IMG/VR virus record: IMGVR_UViG_3300001336_000008
Location: 1 to 57,759 of that record
Origin: a virus
Taxonomy: Duplodnaviria; Caudoviricetes
Reading direction: 5' to 3' (one strand)
Length of the DNA: 57,759 nucleotides
In this document: positions 1 through 9,951 of the stretch, piece by piece
How the letters are laid out: the number at the start of each line of letters is the position of its first letter
How positions within the stretch are numbered: the first letter of the stretch is position 1
The notes under the pieces: generated by a model
What the model was told of the DNA's origin: nothing
Database searches by the model: none
The model's input: the letters and a program-made list of their open reading frames with translations, nothing else
Position numbers and translations under genes: made by a program

Positions 1-409
1 CTACGTTGGGGGCGATGATATTATCCGCAGTCACAGTCGTAAACACCCCTGTACTGGGAGTCGTCCCACCAATGGCCGTATCGTCAATCGTGCCACCGTT
101 AATGTCAACCCCAGAGTTATTAACCCTCATCCTCTCAGCGCCACCAGTCTCAATAGCTACCGTATCAGTAGCAGGGAAACGAATGGCCGTGTTGGTGTCG
201 CCTGTGTGTACAATCTTGTCGGCGATGCTGAGGTCGCCTGTGATAGAAGGTGAATCTTCTGTAGCAAGTGGAAACCCACCAGCCGTTGAACCGTCATGTA
301 CAACAATTGTGTTCTTATCTGTGTCGACAGTGAGCTCTCCATTCAACCCAGTAAAAGTCGAATGCTGCGCAGTAGTACCTCTGCGTCTTTGAATTGCCTT
401 AGTAGTCAT
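1..409 (-). CDS. Virion fibre protein with Mtd_N-like N-terminus (runs off the window edge)
   Basis: Not in the ORF track. Manual translation from ATG at 409 gives MTTKAIQRRRGTTAQHSTFTGLNGELTVDTDKNTIVVHDGSTAGGFPLA..., a typical phage fibre N-terminal motif. ATGA overlap with the upstream ORF stop. Confidence 0.8.
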   Translation of the reverse strand, partial: MTTKAIQRRRGTTAQHSTFTGLNGELTVDTDKNTIVVHDGSTAGGFPLATEDSPSITGDLSIADKIVHTGDTNTAIRFPATDTVAIETGGAERMRVNNSGVDINGGTIDDTAIGGTTPSTGVFTTVTADNIIAPNV

Positions 410-603
410 AGTTCTATTGTTCCATAATCGTCGGTTGCATCGGTTGAACCAGTTATCAGACCGTAGTCATCGTCAGTAAGTATTTTTTCTACAGTCACTG
501 CATCATCGGCTATTTTTGGAGTCGTTACACTTAAATTTGCTAACTTAGCAGTATTTATAGAGCCATCGGTAATTTGATCTGTCTTTATTCGTGTAAGAGG
601 CAT
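406..603 (-). CDS. Small virion structural protein
   Basis: ITDGSINTAKLA / IADDAVTVEKI repeats and two DDYG motifs; translationally coupled within the fibre operon. Confidence 0.65.
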   Translation of the reverse strand: MPLTRIKTDQITDGSINTAKLANLSVTTPKIADDAVTVEKILTDDDYGLITGSTDATDDYGTIEL

Positions 604-612
604 TTTTTATTC

Positions 613-1569
613 CTAGGCAGCAATTACATTCTTAATAAATTTAACATTCGTGTTTTGATTGGTTGGAGTAACAACTAAATCAATATAATCTGTATTGATA
701 TTAGCACTTATCGCAATCAATGAATTGTCACTAAAAATTGTTCCATACTCTGTTAAAAATACATCTGTGTCGTTATGAGTTAATAACACTTCGGTTGCAT
801 GAACATCGCTCCCAGTAACAGCTTGTACCGTATACTTAACTGTTCTATATGTATTTTTAAGAAAGCGATCAATAACCTGATCTGCATTTGTCGTAATTAA
901 ATCTTTTTCACCGGAATTATTTTCAATAAACGAAGCTTTTGATAGTGATACAACTTCTAATGTATCACCTGACCCAATTGATGATTCTAGTACAACAGAT
1001 GTACCATCACCAGCCGTATAGTCAAATCCATTAACTAAACGTACACCATTAAGATATACTTCAACCTTTTCAATATCATACTCAAGGGTGTTATTATTTT
1101 CATCAAGCCCAGATATAGTTGTTGTCGGCGTGGTGGGTTGATAAACATATGATTTATAGTCTCTTAAAGATACACCAGCCTGATTAACATTTATCGTTCT
1201 TACTTCAATATCATCACCGCTTGCGGGAGCTTCAGATAAAGTAAGAGTTGCGTTTGAAATTGCGTATGAGGAAGTGTGCTGATCGACACCATTGATGGTA
1301 ACAAAAGAAAAGTCTTCTGTTTCTGGAGCAATGCTTAAAACAAAATCAGTAGTAGTACCGTCACCAGTAAATTCATCTACAATAATACGAGAATCACTTG
1401 CAACAATACCACTTAGCTTAACAATTTCTTCACCCGATGCTCCGTCACGTTTTAAGTAAACGGTACCATCATAAGTGTTAATTGCCAACTCACCAAAACT
1501 TAAGTCACCGACTCCCGGTACTTTATTTGGTACAGCTGACCGCTTATGCTTAAGCAAATTTGCAGCCAT
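613..1569 (-). CDS. Virion structural / fibre-associated protein
   Basis: N-terminal KRSAVP...GELAINTYDG motif; FTGDGTTTDF and VYLNGVRL...DYT beta-sandwich repeats seen in T4-like structural proteins. Confidence 0.7.
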   Translation of the reverse strand: MAANLLKHKRSAVPNKVPGVGDLSFGELAINTYDGTVYLKRDGASGEEIVKLSGIVASDSRIIVDEFTGDGTTTDFVLSIAPETEDFSFVTINGVDQHTSSYAISNATLTLSEAPASGDDIEVRTINVNQAGVSLRDYKSYVYQPTTPTTTISGLDENNNTLEYDIEKVEVYLNGVRLVNGFDYTAGDGTSVVLESSIGSGDTLEVVSLSKASFIENNSGEKDLITTNADQVIDRFLKNTYRTVKYTVQAVTGSDVHATEVLLTHNDTDVFLTEYGTIFSDNSLIAISANINTDYIDLVVTPTNQNTNVKFIKNVIAA

Positions 1570-1650
1570 TAGGAATATTCCTTAATAAACAAAACCCTAT
1601 ATAGGGTATCACAAAATTAAAGTGAAAGTATATACCCTCACTCTTATTTA

Positions 1651-4581
1651 TTAGTAGGTTCCACCATCAATTGTGAATCCGTCAATGTTACTTGTGGCCG
1701 CACCAGATCCAATTAAATCTCCAGCCAACTGAATATCTTCACCGACACCGACACCGCCAAAAACAACAAGAGTTCCAGTCGTCGGTGATGTCGTTCCAGT
1801 TGTTGCTGTAAAGGTAACATCACCGTTTGCTGTCAGATCAGTAAATGCACCAGTACCTGGATCAGCAACACCAATGTCTGAATTGTTAATTGTTTTATTG
1901 GTTAGCGTTTCTGTATTTGCAAGAGTTGCAAGTGTACCTGAAGTTGGCAGCGTTACATTTGTTGAGGCAGTAACATTAATCGTGGTTGCATGTGCACCAT
2001 TGAACTCAAGATTACCACCAATCGTAATCGTGCTTGATCCATTGTCGACACCAGTACCACCGTAGGTAGGACTAATAATTGTACCTTGCCATGTACCAGT
2101 ACTGATTGTGCCAAGTGTAGTGATAGATGCCTGACCGACATATGTAGAAGCAATATCAATTGCGTCTGCAGTTACGGAAATGCGATTTGCAGTACCAACA
2201 ACATCTAGTACGCCGTCCGTATTAACAAGACCGTCACCACCGACACTAGACTTAAGGCCAATTGCATTTGCGCCAGTAAACTCCAGACCGCCAGTAGTTG
2301 AAAGCAACACATTGAACGTCGTGCCATCAATTTCAATACCGTCGCCTGGAAGGTACGTACCAGCACCAGAAAACTGCACCCAGTTAATATCATCTATACC
2401 GATTGTAAAGGTAGCTACATCATCAACCGTTGCAACCCAACCAGTATTACCATATAGAGTACCGCTTTGAATAAACTCAAATGCACCAACAACTTCATCT
2501 GACTCATTACAAAAATCACAACGAGTCAGTACCCAAGGGTTATTTGTATCACCAAGAGTTGTGAGCACATATGAACCGTTTTCATTTGCACTGGTCTGAT
2601 CCTTAACAAGAATGTTGTCGCCGACTTCATATGACACATCATCAATTGTTGGGAATGCACCATTGCTTGTCGAGGTCAGTGCACTATTTGCATAGGTAGC
2701 AGAAAGGTTGTCAGTCGTAGCACCCTTGGCTGCAGGCAGAGCTTGAAGGCCTTCTGCGACTGCATCGACATATTGTTTTGTTGTAGCATCGGTTGCTTGA
2801 GTCGGTTCAGCAAGATTAGTAATTCGTGAGCCATTGACATCAACGGTTCCGTCACCGTCTGGATTCAAATTAATTGAACCATTTGTATTTGTTGCAGTAA
2901 TGCTATTACCGTTAATGTTTAAATTATCAACGGTGAGTTCAGTCAATCCAGCAAGAGTTGTTGATGTTCCACCCAATGCAACTGTTGTTGAACCAAAGGT
3001 TACCGTACTGTTTTCGAGCTGTGCATTACCGACGCCAGCTGCCTTAATTGAAACAGCTCCATTGCTGACAACAAAATCGCCTGAATCAAACGATGCAACA
3101 CCGATGTTTGAAGTGCTTGCCAGTTCACCAGTAACGGTAATTACTGAAGCGGAATGCGTAACATCAATTCCTTCACCGCCAAGAATTGATATACCATGTG
3201 ATTGTGGAGTGAGTGGACCATCATCAGTCGTGACAGATTTAACAACAGTGTCTTTAAGTTCAACGGCACCAGTTGTTACATTGAAGTCTGCAGTAGCAAA
3301 CGATGCAACACCTCGCGATGATGTTGTTGCAATATTTGCATCAATAGTTAATGTCCCATCACCGGCATCATCATAGGTAAGAGTAATTGACTCTCCGCCT
3401 TCTAATTGATCGCCAACAATATCTTCAATGCGCTCTACATTAAGAGTAACATTACCTGATGTGACTGTAAAGTCAACATCATCAAAACTTGCAATACCGC
3501 GATTTGACGATGTTGCTAGTTCTGCAGAAATAGTCGATGTACCATTTGGGTCATCGTATACAATATCAATACCTTCACCAGCAAGCAATTGCCCACCAGT
3601 TACATCTTGAATATATTCCTCAATTGAGTCTGAACCGATGTACAAATTACTAACGACGGTCTTACCTGTTCCATTAGGAGTAATATTAATATTACCGTCT
3701 GCATTAGTTGATGTAATCGAGTTACCATCAATCGTAATATTATCGGAATTGACTTGTGTAAAGGTACCAACATCAGGTGTTACATTACCAATTTCTGTAC
3801 CGTTAATTCCGCCTGTTGCATTAAAGCTTCCGCCAATGTTCAGTGCACCAGCAATACCGACACCACCATCAACAACTAATGCACCAGTACTTGAATTTAT
3901 TGATGTAGTCGTTGCATCAATATTAACGGTACCTATTGTACTTGAAACGTCAATTGAATCCGTATCAATCGTCATCCTCAATACGGAATCGGTATAAAAT
4001 CTTAAAGTGTCATCACCATCACCAGGATTTAATTCTGCAGAAATAAATGTTTCACCATCGACAGAACGAACGCCGCCAAGTGAAGACCAATTAGTACCAG
4101 AAAACCCTTCAAACTGAGTATTTTCTGAGTTATATCGAATAGCACCAGCAACTGCTGGACCTTGTTGAGTCGTCGAGCCAACGGGAATGACCAGCCCATT
4201 TGTACCTACAATTTGTACGTAACCGTCACCGGTTGGATCAATTAATATATTGCCGTCAGTGTTAGTTGACGAAATTGTGTTGCTATCAATTGTAATATTG
4301 TCGACATTAATAACATCAATTTTAAAGTTACCATCAACAATTAATGCAGAATTTGCAGTAAGAGTGCCTTTGGGATGATCAAGCATATCGGTAAAGTACT
4401 TACCCCCAATAACAATATGATTAACTGCATTGCCTTGGGTTTCTGCACCTGTACCGACATAAAGCCGATCACCGCCATTGGATCCGTTATCAGGTAATGA
4501 TGAATACGCTAGTTCACCAGCACCTAGTACCGATGGGTTACCTGATACCTCTGAACGTTTGATTTTAATTGTTGATGCCAT
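1651..4581 (-). CDS. Tail fibre-like protein
   Basis: 976 aa, G/T/S/D-rich. IKIKRS...GELAYS N-terminus, three DNITIDGNxI repeats, three GxASFxxxDFxV repeats, DATTKQYVD fibre motif, IDGGTY C-terminus. Confidence 0.75.
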   Translation of the reverse strand: MASTIKIKRSEVSGNPSVLGAGELAYSSLPDNGSNGGDRLYVGTGAETQGNAVNHIVIGGKYFTDMLDHPKGTLTANSALIVDGNFKIDVINVDNITIDSNTISSTNTDGNILIDPTGDGYVQIVGTNGLVIPVGSTTQQGPAVAGAIRYNSENTQFEGFSGTNWSSLGGVRSVDGETFISAELNPGDGDDTLRFYTDSVLRMTIDTDSIDVSSTIGTVNIDATTTSINSSTGALVVDGGVGIAGALNIGGSFNATGGINGTEIGNVTPDVGTFTQVNSDNITIDGNSITSTNADGNINITPNGTGKTVVSNLYIGSDSIEEYIQDVTGGQLLAGEGIDIVYDDPNGTSTISAELATSSNRGIASFDDVDFTVTSGNVTLNVERIEDIVGDQLEGGESITLTYDDAGDGTLTIDANIATTSSRGVASFATADFNVTTGAVELKDTVVKSVTTDDGPLTPQSHGISILGGEGIDVTHSASVITVTGELASTSNIGVASFDSGDFVVSNGAVSIKAAGVGNAQLENSTVTFGSTTVALGGTSTTLAGLTELTVDNLNINGNSITATNTNGSINLNPDGDGTVDVNGSRITNLAEPTQATDATTKQYVDAVAEGLQALPAAKGATTDNLSATYANSALTSTSNGAFPTIDDVSYEVGDNILVKDQTSANENGSYVLTTLGDTNNPWVLTRCDFCNESDEVVGAFEFIQSGTLYGNTGWVATVDDVATFTIGIDDINWVQFSGAGTYLPGDGIEIDGTTFNVLLSTTGGLEFTGANAIGLKSSVGGDGLVNTDGVLDVVGTANRISVTADAIDIASTYVGQASITTLGTISTGTWQGTIISPTYGGTGVDNGSSTITIGGNLEFNGAHATTINVTASTNVTLPTSGTLATLANTETLTNKTINNSDIGVADPGTGAFTDLTANGDVTFTATTGTTSPTTGTLVVFGGVGVGEDIQLAGDLIGSGAATSNIDGFTIDGGTY

Positions 4582-4594
4582 TTATGTAATCCCT

Positions 4595-4825
4595 TTAATA
4601 TTGTCCGCATTCAACGGTTTGTTTTTCTAGAAGATTCGTGGATTCCCATTTACCTGAATTTGTAGAATACACTAAAACAGAACCATCTTCTAAGTTAGTC
4701 AAATCAATATCTTCTAATTCAGATGCCTTTGTGGTAGATATGTTAGATTTGACTTTAAGATTGTCTTGGCTTTTTAATTTAACCCTTAGGCTATCTTGAT
4801 GACGTATTTTTGCTTTTATTGACAT
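4595..4825 (-). CDS. Small virion protein
   Basis: LEDID...DGSVLVY...KWE fibre-type motif; in operon. Confidence 0.6.
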   Translation of the reverse strand: MSIKAKIRHQDSLRVKLKSQDNLKVKSNISTTKASELEDIDLTNLEDGSVLVYSTNSGKWESTNLLEKQTVECGQY

Positions 4826-4831
4826 TTGAAA

Positions 4832-5173
4832 TTAAACGTCCTTAGTTACAGATGGAATTATTTCAAAGATTCCTTCAATCAGCTTAATAGTCTTATTTAA
4901 TAATTCATTGGTGGCATAAACATCATAAACATATCTTCCGCTTTTCATACCTGCTGTTTGTGAAGCAGAAAGCTCAATTCTGATAACACCATTAATAGCA
5001 TCGGCTATTGTAATTTGAAAATCTTCAGCAACAGAAGATTTATAGGTACGACGAATTTGCCCATACACGCTATAGTCAGTAAGATCCACTCGATCTCCAT
5101 TGCCGTCTTCCAATTCGAGTGAAGTTTGATAATCCGCACCTTGATCGGCGCTCATATTAGCATACGATGCCAT
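4832..5173 (-). CDS. Conserved T4-like virion structural protein (Ig/BppU-like fold suspected)
   Basis: DQGADY...L.L...QT..MKSGRYVYDV...LIEG...I.PSVT pattern; GAGGA RBS; late promoter upstream. Confidence 0.65.
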   Translation of the reverse strand: MASYANMSADQGADYQTSLELEDGNGDRVDLTDYSVYGQIRRTYKSSVAEDFQITIADAINGVIRIELSASQTAGMKSGRYVYDVYATNELLNKTIKLIEGIFEIIPSVTKDV

Positions 5174-5198
5174 GCTTATCCTCTAATATTCTTTATTG

Positions 5199-5269
5199 TA
5201 TTTATAAAAAAAATACTCTCAATTTAATATCTTCAGAAATCAATTATATAAATAATATCAGTATTTATA
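5199..5269. promoter_or_regulatory. Divergent T4-type late promoters
   Basis: TATAAATA on the minus strand at 5199-5206 and 5262-5269, and on the plus strand at 5247-5254, between divergent structural genes. Confidence 0.75.
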
Positions 5270-5292
5270 ACACATTTAATGGATTGAAAACG

Positions 5293-8200
5293 ATGGCTCG
5301 TACTTTAAATAAAAAAGGTCTAAGAAGAGATTTAAACTTTACGGATATTCCTGATAAAAACCAGGCATTAAATAATTTGTTAGATGGACTAGTCCTTGAA
5401 GAAGGAGAAACATTTACGTCTGTAGATCTTGATGCTATTAAAAATATTAGCTCAACTACAATGACTAACGCTGATTTTTTAAATATACAAAATTCAGCAG
5501 TTAGAGTTATTAATGATGAAGGTGCGCTTGTTCCATTTTTTACGACAAGCACTGATGAAAACGGCGATCCCATTGAACTTAGAACTACCATTAAACTAAA
5601 AAACCGATTTGATATTGCTGAATTTACGACAGGCGAGCCACAGTTTTTCGGCGGCGATGGATTGACCGCAAGATATTACGAATCGGAATATATTGATTCA
5701 GAAGCTGTTGATGTTGAAAATATATTTACGACTCCAAGTGACGGTGAAGTATATGAAGAAGTCTTTTGGGAAAATGGCTTTTTTGATTTTAACAGAAAAA
5801 TAAATGACAACTTTGCCGATAGGTTTGGCGGGGTATCTTGGACTGGATTTTTTAGACCAACAGAATCTGGTGTCTGGAGATTAAGTTACAGATCTTCTTC
5901 GTTTTTTACAGTTGAATTTGATGATCGAAACGGAAACTATGTACTCCATGCTCGCAAATCGCAAGTAGAATATACATTTAGTGTTGAAGCTGCAACTGCA
6001 GGTGATACAACACTTAAATTAGAAAATCCTGCTGGTATTATCAATTTGTTAACAAATGACATTTTGGTAAACGATTCATTCAATCAATTTACCGATCCTT
6101 TAACGACTGGTTATGACCAAACGCCTGTTACAATTTTATCTATTGACAGTCGTGACGAAGGCATTATTGAACTATCCGAGCCGCTTGACGAAAATATACC
6201 AGCAGGAACAACTTTTACATTTAGGTTTCAGTTTGGTGAAATTGAAGGAAGAAATTCTTTTACAACATTAAACCTTGAAGAATTTGAATCATATAAAATA
6301 AGAATAAGATTTTGGTATCCAGATGATGAAGACATTACAAGCTTTGACGATATACGTACAATAACATTTTGGGTTGATAATCCTGGTATTGTTGACGAAA
6401 CAAGTTATTTTAATTACAAGTTTCTTCAATCTGAGTCGTACAATAAAAATCCAACCATAGGCACAGTTGCCTACGGCAATTTCTTAGATTATTACAATAG
6501 CCGTTTGACATCTGGCGGCGGTGATGTTGGGGGCGAATCGGAATATAATGATTATAGATCAATTTTAACATTAAATACCATTAACATAAGTTATGAACCA
6601 CCAACATCGCTTTCTGATATTTTCAGCGATTCGTATAGCAATCGTTCGGTTGTAGAAAATGATAATTATATTCCTTTAAACATTACTGATCAAGCAGAAG
6701 TTGGTAATTACGTAATTGCATCTGACACATCTGTAATTCCATTGGGCACACGCGTAAAAAATGTAATGTACAACACTGGAGTATTTTTAGATACTCCAAT
6801 TTTATTAACTGACACTGTGAATATTAGATTTGCAGATCATCGCGGTTTAATTGGAGTTTCTGAAGGAACATGGTCTTCTGGAAACGATACAATTACTAAT
6901 GTATCATCAAGTCTTACTGATCTTGTTGAAGTTGGTGATGTGATTGTTGCATTAGGATCTCCTACATATAACAGAGTAAAATCAAAAACTTCTAATTCAA
7001 TTACAACTGAAGAAAACTTTACTGCTAGTAGTACCAGTGGCGATCCATTTGTATTTGTGTACAAATCATCTGGAGCCATAAATGATTCAATTGGTGAATA
7101 CTGTACTAACATTTATGCATCAAAAACAATATCAGTATCTCCTAATGGTACAAATACACTGATTGTTGAACCAAATGTAAACATTCAAGAAGGACAGATT
7201 GTACAATATGGCAACAGAATTCCAGAAGGAACTACAGTTGACAATATTGATACCGTTGGCGTCGACACATTTGATACAACTGCTAGTATTGCAAGATCCT
7301 CTGGTTCGTTACAAATTGTTGTTGAAAACAACAGCAATATTGAAGATGGTTATGAAGTTCAAACAGAAGGCAGTGCTTATCCGAGCGGTGTTGTAGTAAC
7401 TGATGTCATTCCAATATCAACATTTTGTACTGGCGTAACATCTGCAATTACAACAAACAGTGCAGCTGCAGGACAAAATCAAATTGAAATTTCTATTAAT
7501 ACTGATATTGTATTTCCAAATAATACCTATACAACAACTGCAGCAATTTCTGTTCCTTATGAATGGGATGACGGATCAGAAAAAATGGTTTTAGATAATA
7601 ATGCTAGCCTTTCAGTCGGACATGCAATTCAATCTGGCAGCATTTATCCAGCTGATACCACAATTACAGCCATACAAAATATGACAGATTTTTGTAATGG
7701 AGTTTATGATCTTACTGCGTTCAGTACAATTTCTTTACTTGAGACATTTAAATATTTTACTGTTAAACTACCAAAACCAAATGATTCAATAATTGGTTCA
7801 ACAGTAGAATTCTTCGATGTGTTTCCTATCGGCACTACAATTACTAATGTGTTTGATGGATCTGCAACTTTAAAAAAGCTACGGACTACCAAACTTACTA
7901 GTAAAGATGCTAATTTACTAGAATTTAGCGCCCAAAATTTATCATCATTTGCAAATATGAATGATTATTTTGTATATTGTGAAATACCTAATATAATTCC
8001 AAAGGATGCTTATATATTTGCTAAAGTATATACAGCATCAACAGGAGGAAGTAACGATTATTTAGGATTATATCTTAATGCGGCTCTTTTAAACGATCTT
8101 CCAGTTGGAATTGAATTATACTTTAGACCAAAGAGTGAAACTGTAACTTATGCAATAATAACAACTTCAGCGGATACTTCTGGACAAATTCCAGCTGATG

Positions 8201-8937
8201 CTCCTATTATTATTGCACCACCAGGAACTAATGAAAGTAAAGTATGGTGTGTACCTGAGGCTAATCGTACATTTACGACAGAAAAAATTGTAACAACAAG
8301 TAATAAAACAACTGCTACTGTTGCAGAAGATACAGTTTTTACCTTATCAATTCCAGGCACTGCAACTGAATATGTTGTTACATTGTCTAATAATATTAAA
8401 ACAGGCGGCCTGCCTGGGAATGAGCTTATTGTGTTTGCTCCAGCAGGAACGACGGAGTCTAAAGAAATTTGTTTTCCGCCAGAAGGAATATCATATAGCA
8501 ATCAATTGTTAATTGAAACTTCTGCAGCAAACACGTCAGCAATAAGTAAAGACGAAAGAGTTTCGTTTACATCATCAGGACAAACATCATTTTCTGAAAT
8601 TACACTATCAGCTAATATTCAAAATGGCGATATTGATGCAGATCAAATCGTTGTATTTGCTCCAGCAGGAACTACAGAATCTAAAGAAATATGTTTTCCA
8701 CAGGAAGATGTTTCATTCCCATTTGTTGCAACAGAAGATGGCATGAAAACGCCAAATTCTTTTCCAGACATTGAAATTAATCCTACTACAGGGCCAGGAA
8801 AATTAAAATTTGTAGGTTTGTCCGCAAATGTAGAAGCACCACCAGAAACAGTTTCAGGCAGTGCTACATATAACAGGACTTTAACTATTGAGGATGCTAC
8901 TGGAACACCATTTAAAATTCTTTGTACTACTGTTTAA
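5293..8937 (+). CDS. Large PA14-domain virion protein (likely start ATG 5293)
   Basis: GLTARYY...FGGVSWTGFFRPTESGVWR is PA14-like; repeated beta domains; IVFAPAGTTESKEICFP-type repeats. The 5167 start overlaps the promoter region and the opposite gene, so it is unlikely. Confidence 0.7.
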   Translation: MARTLNKKGLRRDLNFTDIPDKNQALNNLLDGLVLEEGETFTSVDLDAIKNISSTTMTNADFLNIQNSAVRVINDEGALVPFFTTSTDENGDPIELRTTIKLKNRFDIAEFTTGEPQFFGGDGLTARYYESEYIDSEAVDVENIFTTPSDGEVYEEVFWENGFFDFNRKINDNFADRFGGVSWTGFFRPTESGVWRLSYRSSSFFTVEFDDRNGNYVLHARKSQVEYTFSVEAATAGDTTLKLENPAGIINLLTNDILVNDSFNQFTDPLTTGYDQTPVTILSIDSRDEGIIELSEPLDENIPAGTTFTFRFQFGEIEGRNSFTTLNLEEFESYKIRIRFWYPDDEDITSFDDIRTITFWVDNPGIVDETSYFNYKFLQSESYNKNPTIGTVAYGNFLDYYNSRLTSGGGDVGGESEYNDYRSILTLNTINISYEPPTSLSDIFSDSYSNRSVVENDNYIPLNITDQAEVGNYVIASDTSVIPLGTRVKNVMYNTGVFLDTPILLTDTVNIRFADHRGLIGVSEGTWSSGNDTITNVSSSLTDLVEVGDVIVALGSPTYNRVKSKTSNSITTEENFTASSTSGDPFVFVYKSSGAINDSIGEYCTNIYASKTISVSPNGTNTLIVEPNVNIQEGQIVQYGNRIPEGTTVDNIDTVGVDTFDTTASIARSSGSLQIVVENNSNIEDGYEVQTEGSAYPSGVVVTDVIPISTFCTGVTSAITTNSAAAGQNQIEISINTDIVFPNNTYTTTAAISVPYEWDDGSEKMVLDNNASLSVGHAIQSGSIYPADTTITAIQNMTDFCNGVYDLTAFSTISLLETFKYFTVKLPKPNDSIIGSTVEFFDVFPIGTTITNVFDGSATLKKLRTTKLTSKDANLLEFSAQNLSSFANMNDYFVYCEIPNIIPKDAYIFAKVYTASTGGSNDYLGLYLNAALLNDLPVGIELYFRPKSETVTYAIITTSADTSGQIPADAPIIIAPPGTNESKVWCVPEANRTFTTEKIVTTSNKTTATVAEDTVFTLSIPGTATEYVVTLSNNIKTGGLPGNELIVFAPAGTTESKEICFPPEGISYSNQLLIETSAANTSAISKDERVSFTSSGQTSFSEITLSANIQNGDIDADQIVVFAPAGTTESKEICFPQEDVSFPFVATEDGMKTPNSFPDIEINPTTGPGKLKFVGLSANVEAPPETVSGSATYNRTLTIEDATGTPFKILCTTV

Positions 8938-9940
8938 GTAACACAAAGTATTCTATGCCGTTAATAGTGATTGGTAGCTTATGAGTAAAATTTTGTGGGA
9001 GTGCGGTGTCACCTGATTCATTGTTGACATCGTCGAAATCATCAATAATGATTCCGCTTTCAAAAAATAAATCGCCAATGTTAACTTCGGCAGAAGGCGT
9101 TACTAATTTGCCTATATCTGTCCATGGGTTTTGGCTAGTAGAGCCAGCTCTAGTTTTTTCAATGCCTAAAACCCCATTTGGCGAAAATGGATTTGTAATA
9201 TACAGCCCAGGAGAATTTTCTCTTCCTAATGCTCCGTTATTTATATTTGTTGCAGCTGGATCATTGATCGAAATAGCACCTTCAATTCTAACTTGATTAT
9301 CGCTATTAACACTTGCATCAATAGTATACTTTTCTCTTCTTAAAAAGCCAAATAAATCAATGTTTGAATTAATGGTATTAAATGCATCATCAAATGAAGA
9401 GCCAATATTAAAAGAAAAAGCTCTATCAGTTTCAAGTTCGTTTTCTTCGTTAAGTGTTTCTGGTGTTGCAATATTAAGTATATTGTTAAAAGTAACTTCA
9501 TCATTACGAATAAACCTAATGCCGTTTGTTACAGATCCAATGTTAACTTTTGATCCACCTTTGGTAGTTGACAACCCAAATGCTAATTGGTTATTTTCAG
9601 AACCAAGGTTTTCTTCATATTCTACAACATAATACGTCGTGTTACTATTTAAGCCGCCAAGGTCATCGCCTGCACTGGCATTTCTTGGTAAATCAACTTT
9701 AACTTCATCATTGTTTGTAAAAATAAAAAGATCAGATCTTGGAAAAATAAATTTATTATTTGATATAAACGATCCTTCTACGCTGTATTTCCAAATGAGT
9801 TCTGATGTATTTTTTGTATTGTTACGAAAAAGAGTTATATCGGCAGAAATATTTCCACCGCCCAAGTTATCTAAGGCTGAACCGTCACTAACTGACTCGC
9901 TTAGATTTTTCTCTAATTCAAATCCTTGATTTCTTGACAT
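8927..9940 (-). CDS. Virion structural protein
   Basis: 337 aa. GGLNSNTTYYV...LSTT motif typical of T4-like structural proteins; last gene of a long minus-strand operon. Confidence 0.6.
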   Translation of the reverse strand: MSRNQGFELEKNLSESVSDGSALDNLGGGNISADITLFRNNTKNTSELIWKYSVEGSFISNNKFIFPRSDLFIFTNNDEVKVDLPRNASAGDDLGGLNSNTTYYVVEYEENLGSENNQLAFGLSTTKGGSKVNIGSVTNGIRFIRNDEVTFNNILNIATPETLNEENELETDRAFSFNIGSSFDDAFNTINSNIDLFGFLRREKYTIDASVNSDNQVRIEGAISINDPAATNINNGALGRENSPGLYITNPFSPNGVLGIEKTRAGSTSQNPWTDIGKLVTPSAEVNIGDLFFESGIIIDDFDDVNNESGDTALPQNFTHKLPITINGIEYFVLLKQ

Positions 9941-9951
9941 TTTACATTACC

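Noticed and set aside
1-4581. Diversity-generating retroelement suggested by Mtd_N-like domains
   Set aside because: No reverse transcriptase and no adenine-variable TR/VR pair seen in the window; the N-terminal motif alone is a common fibre module.
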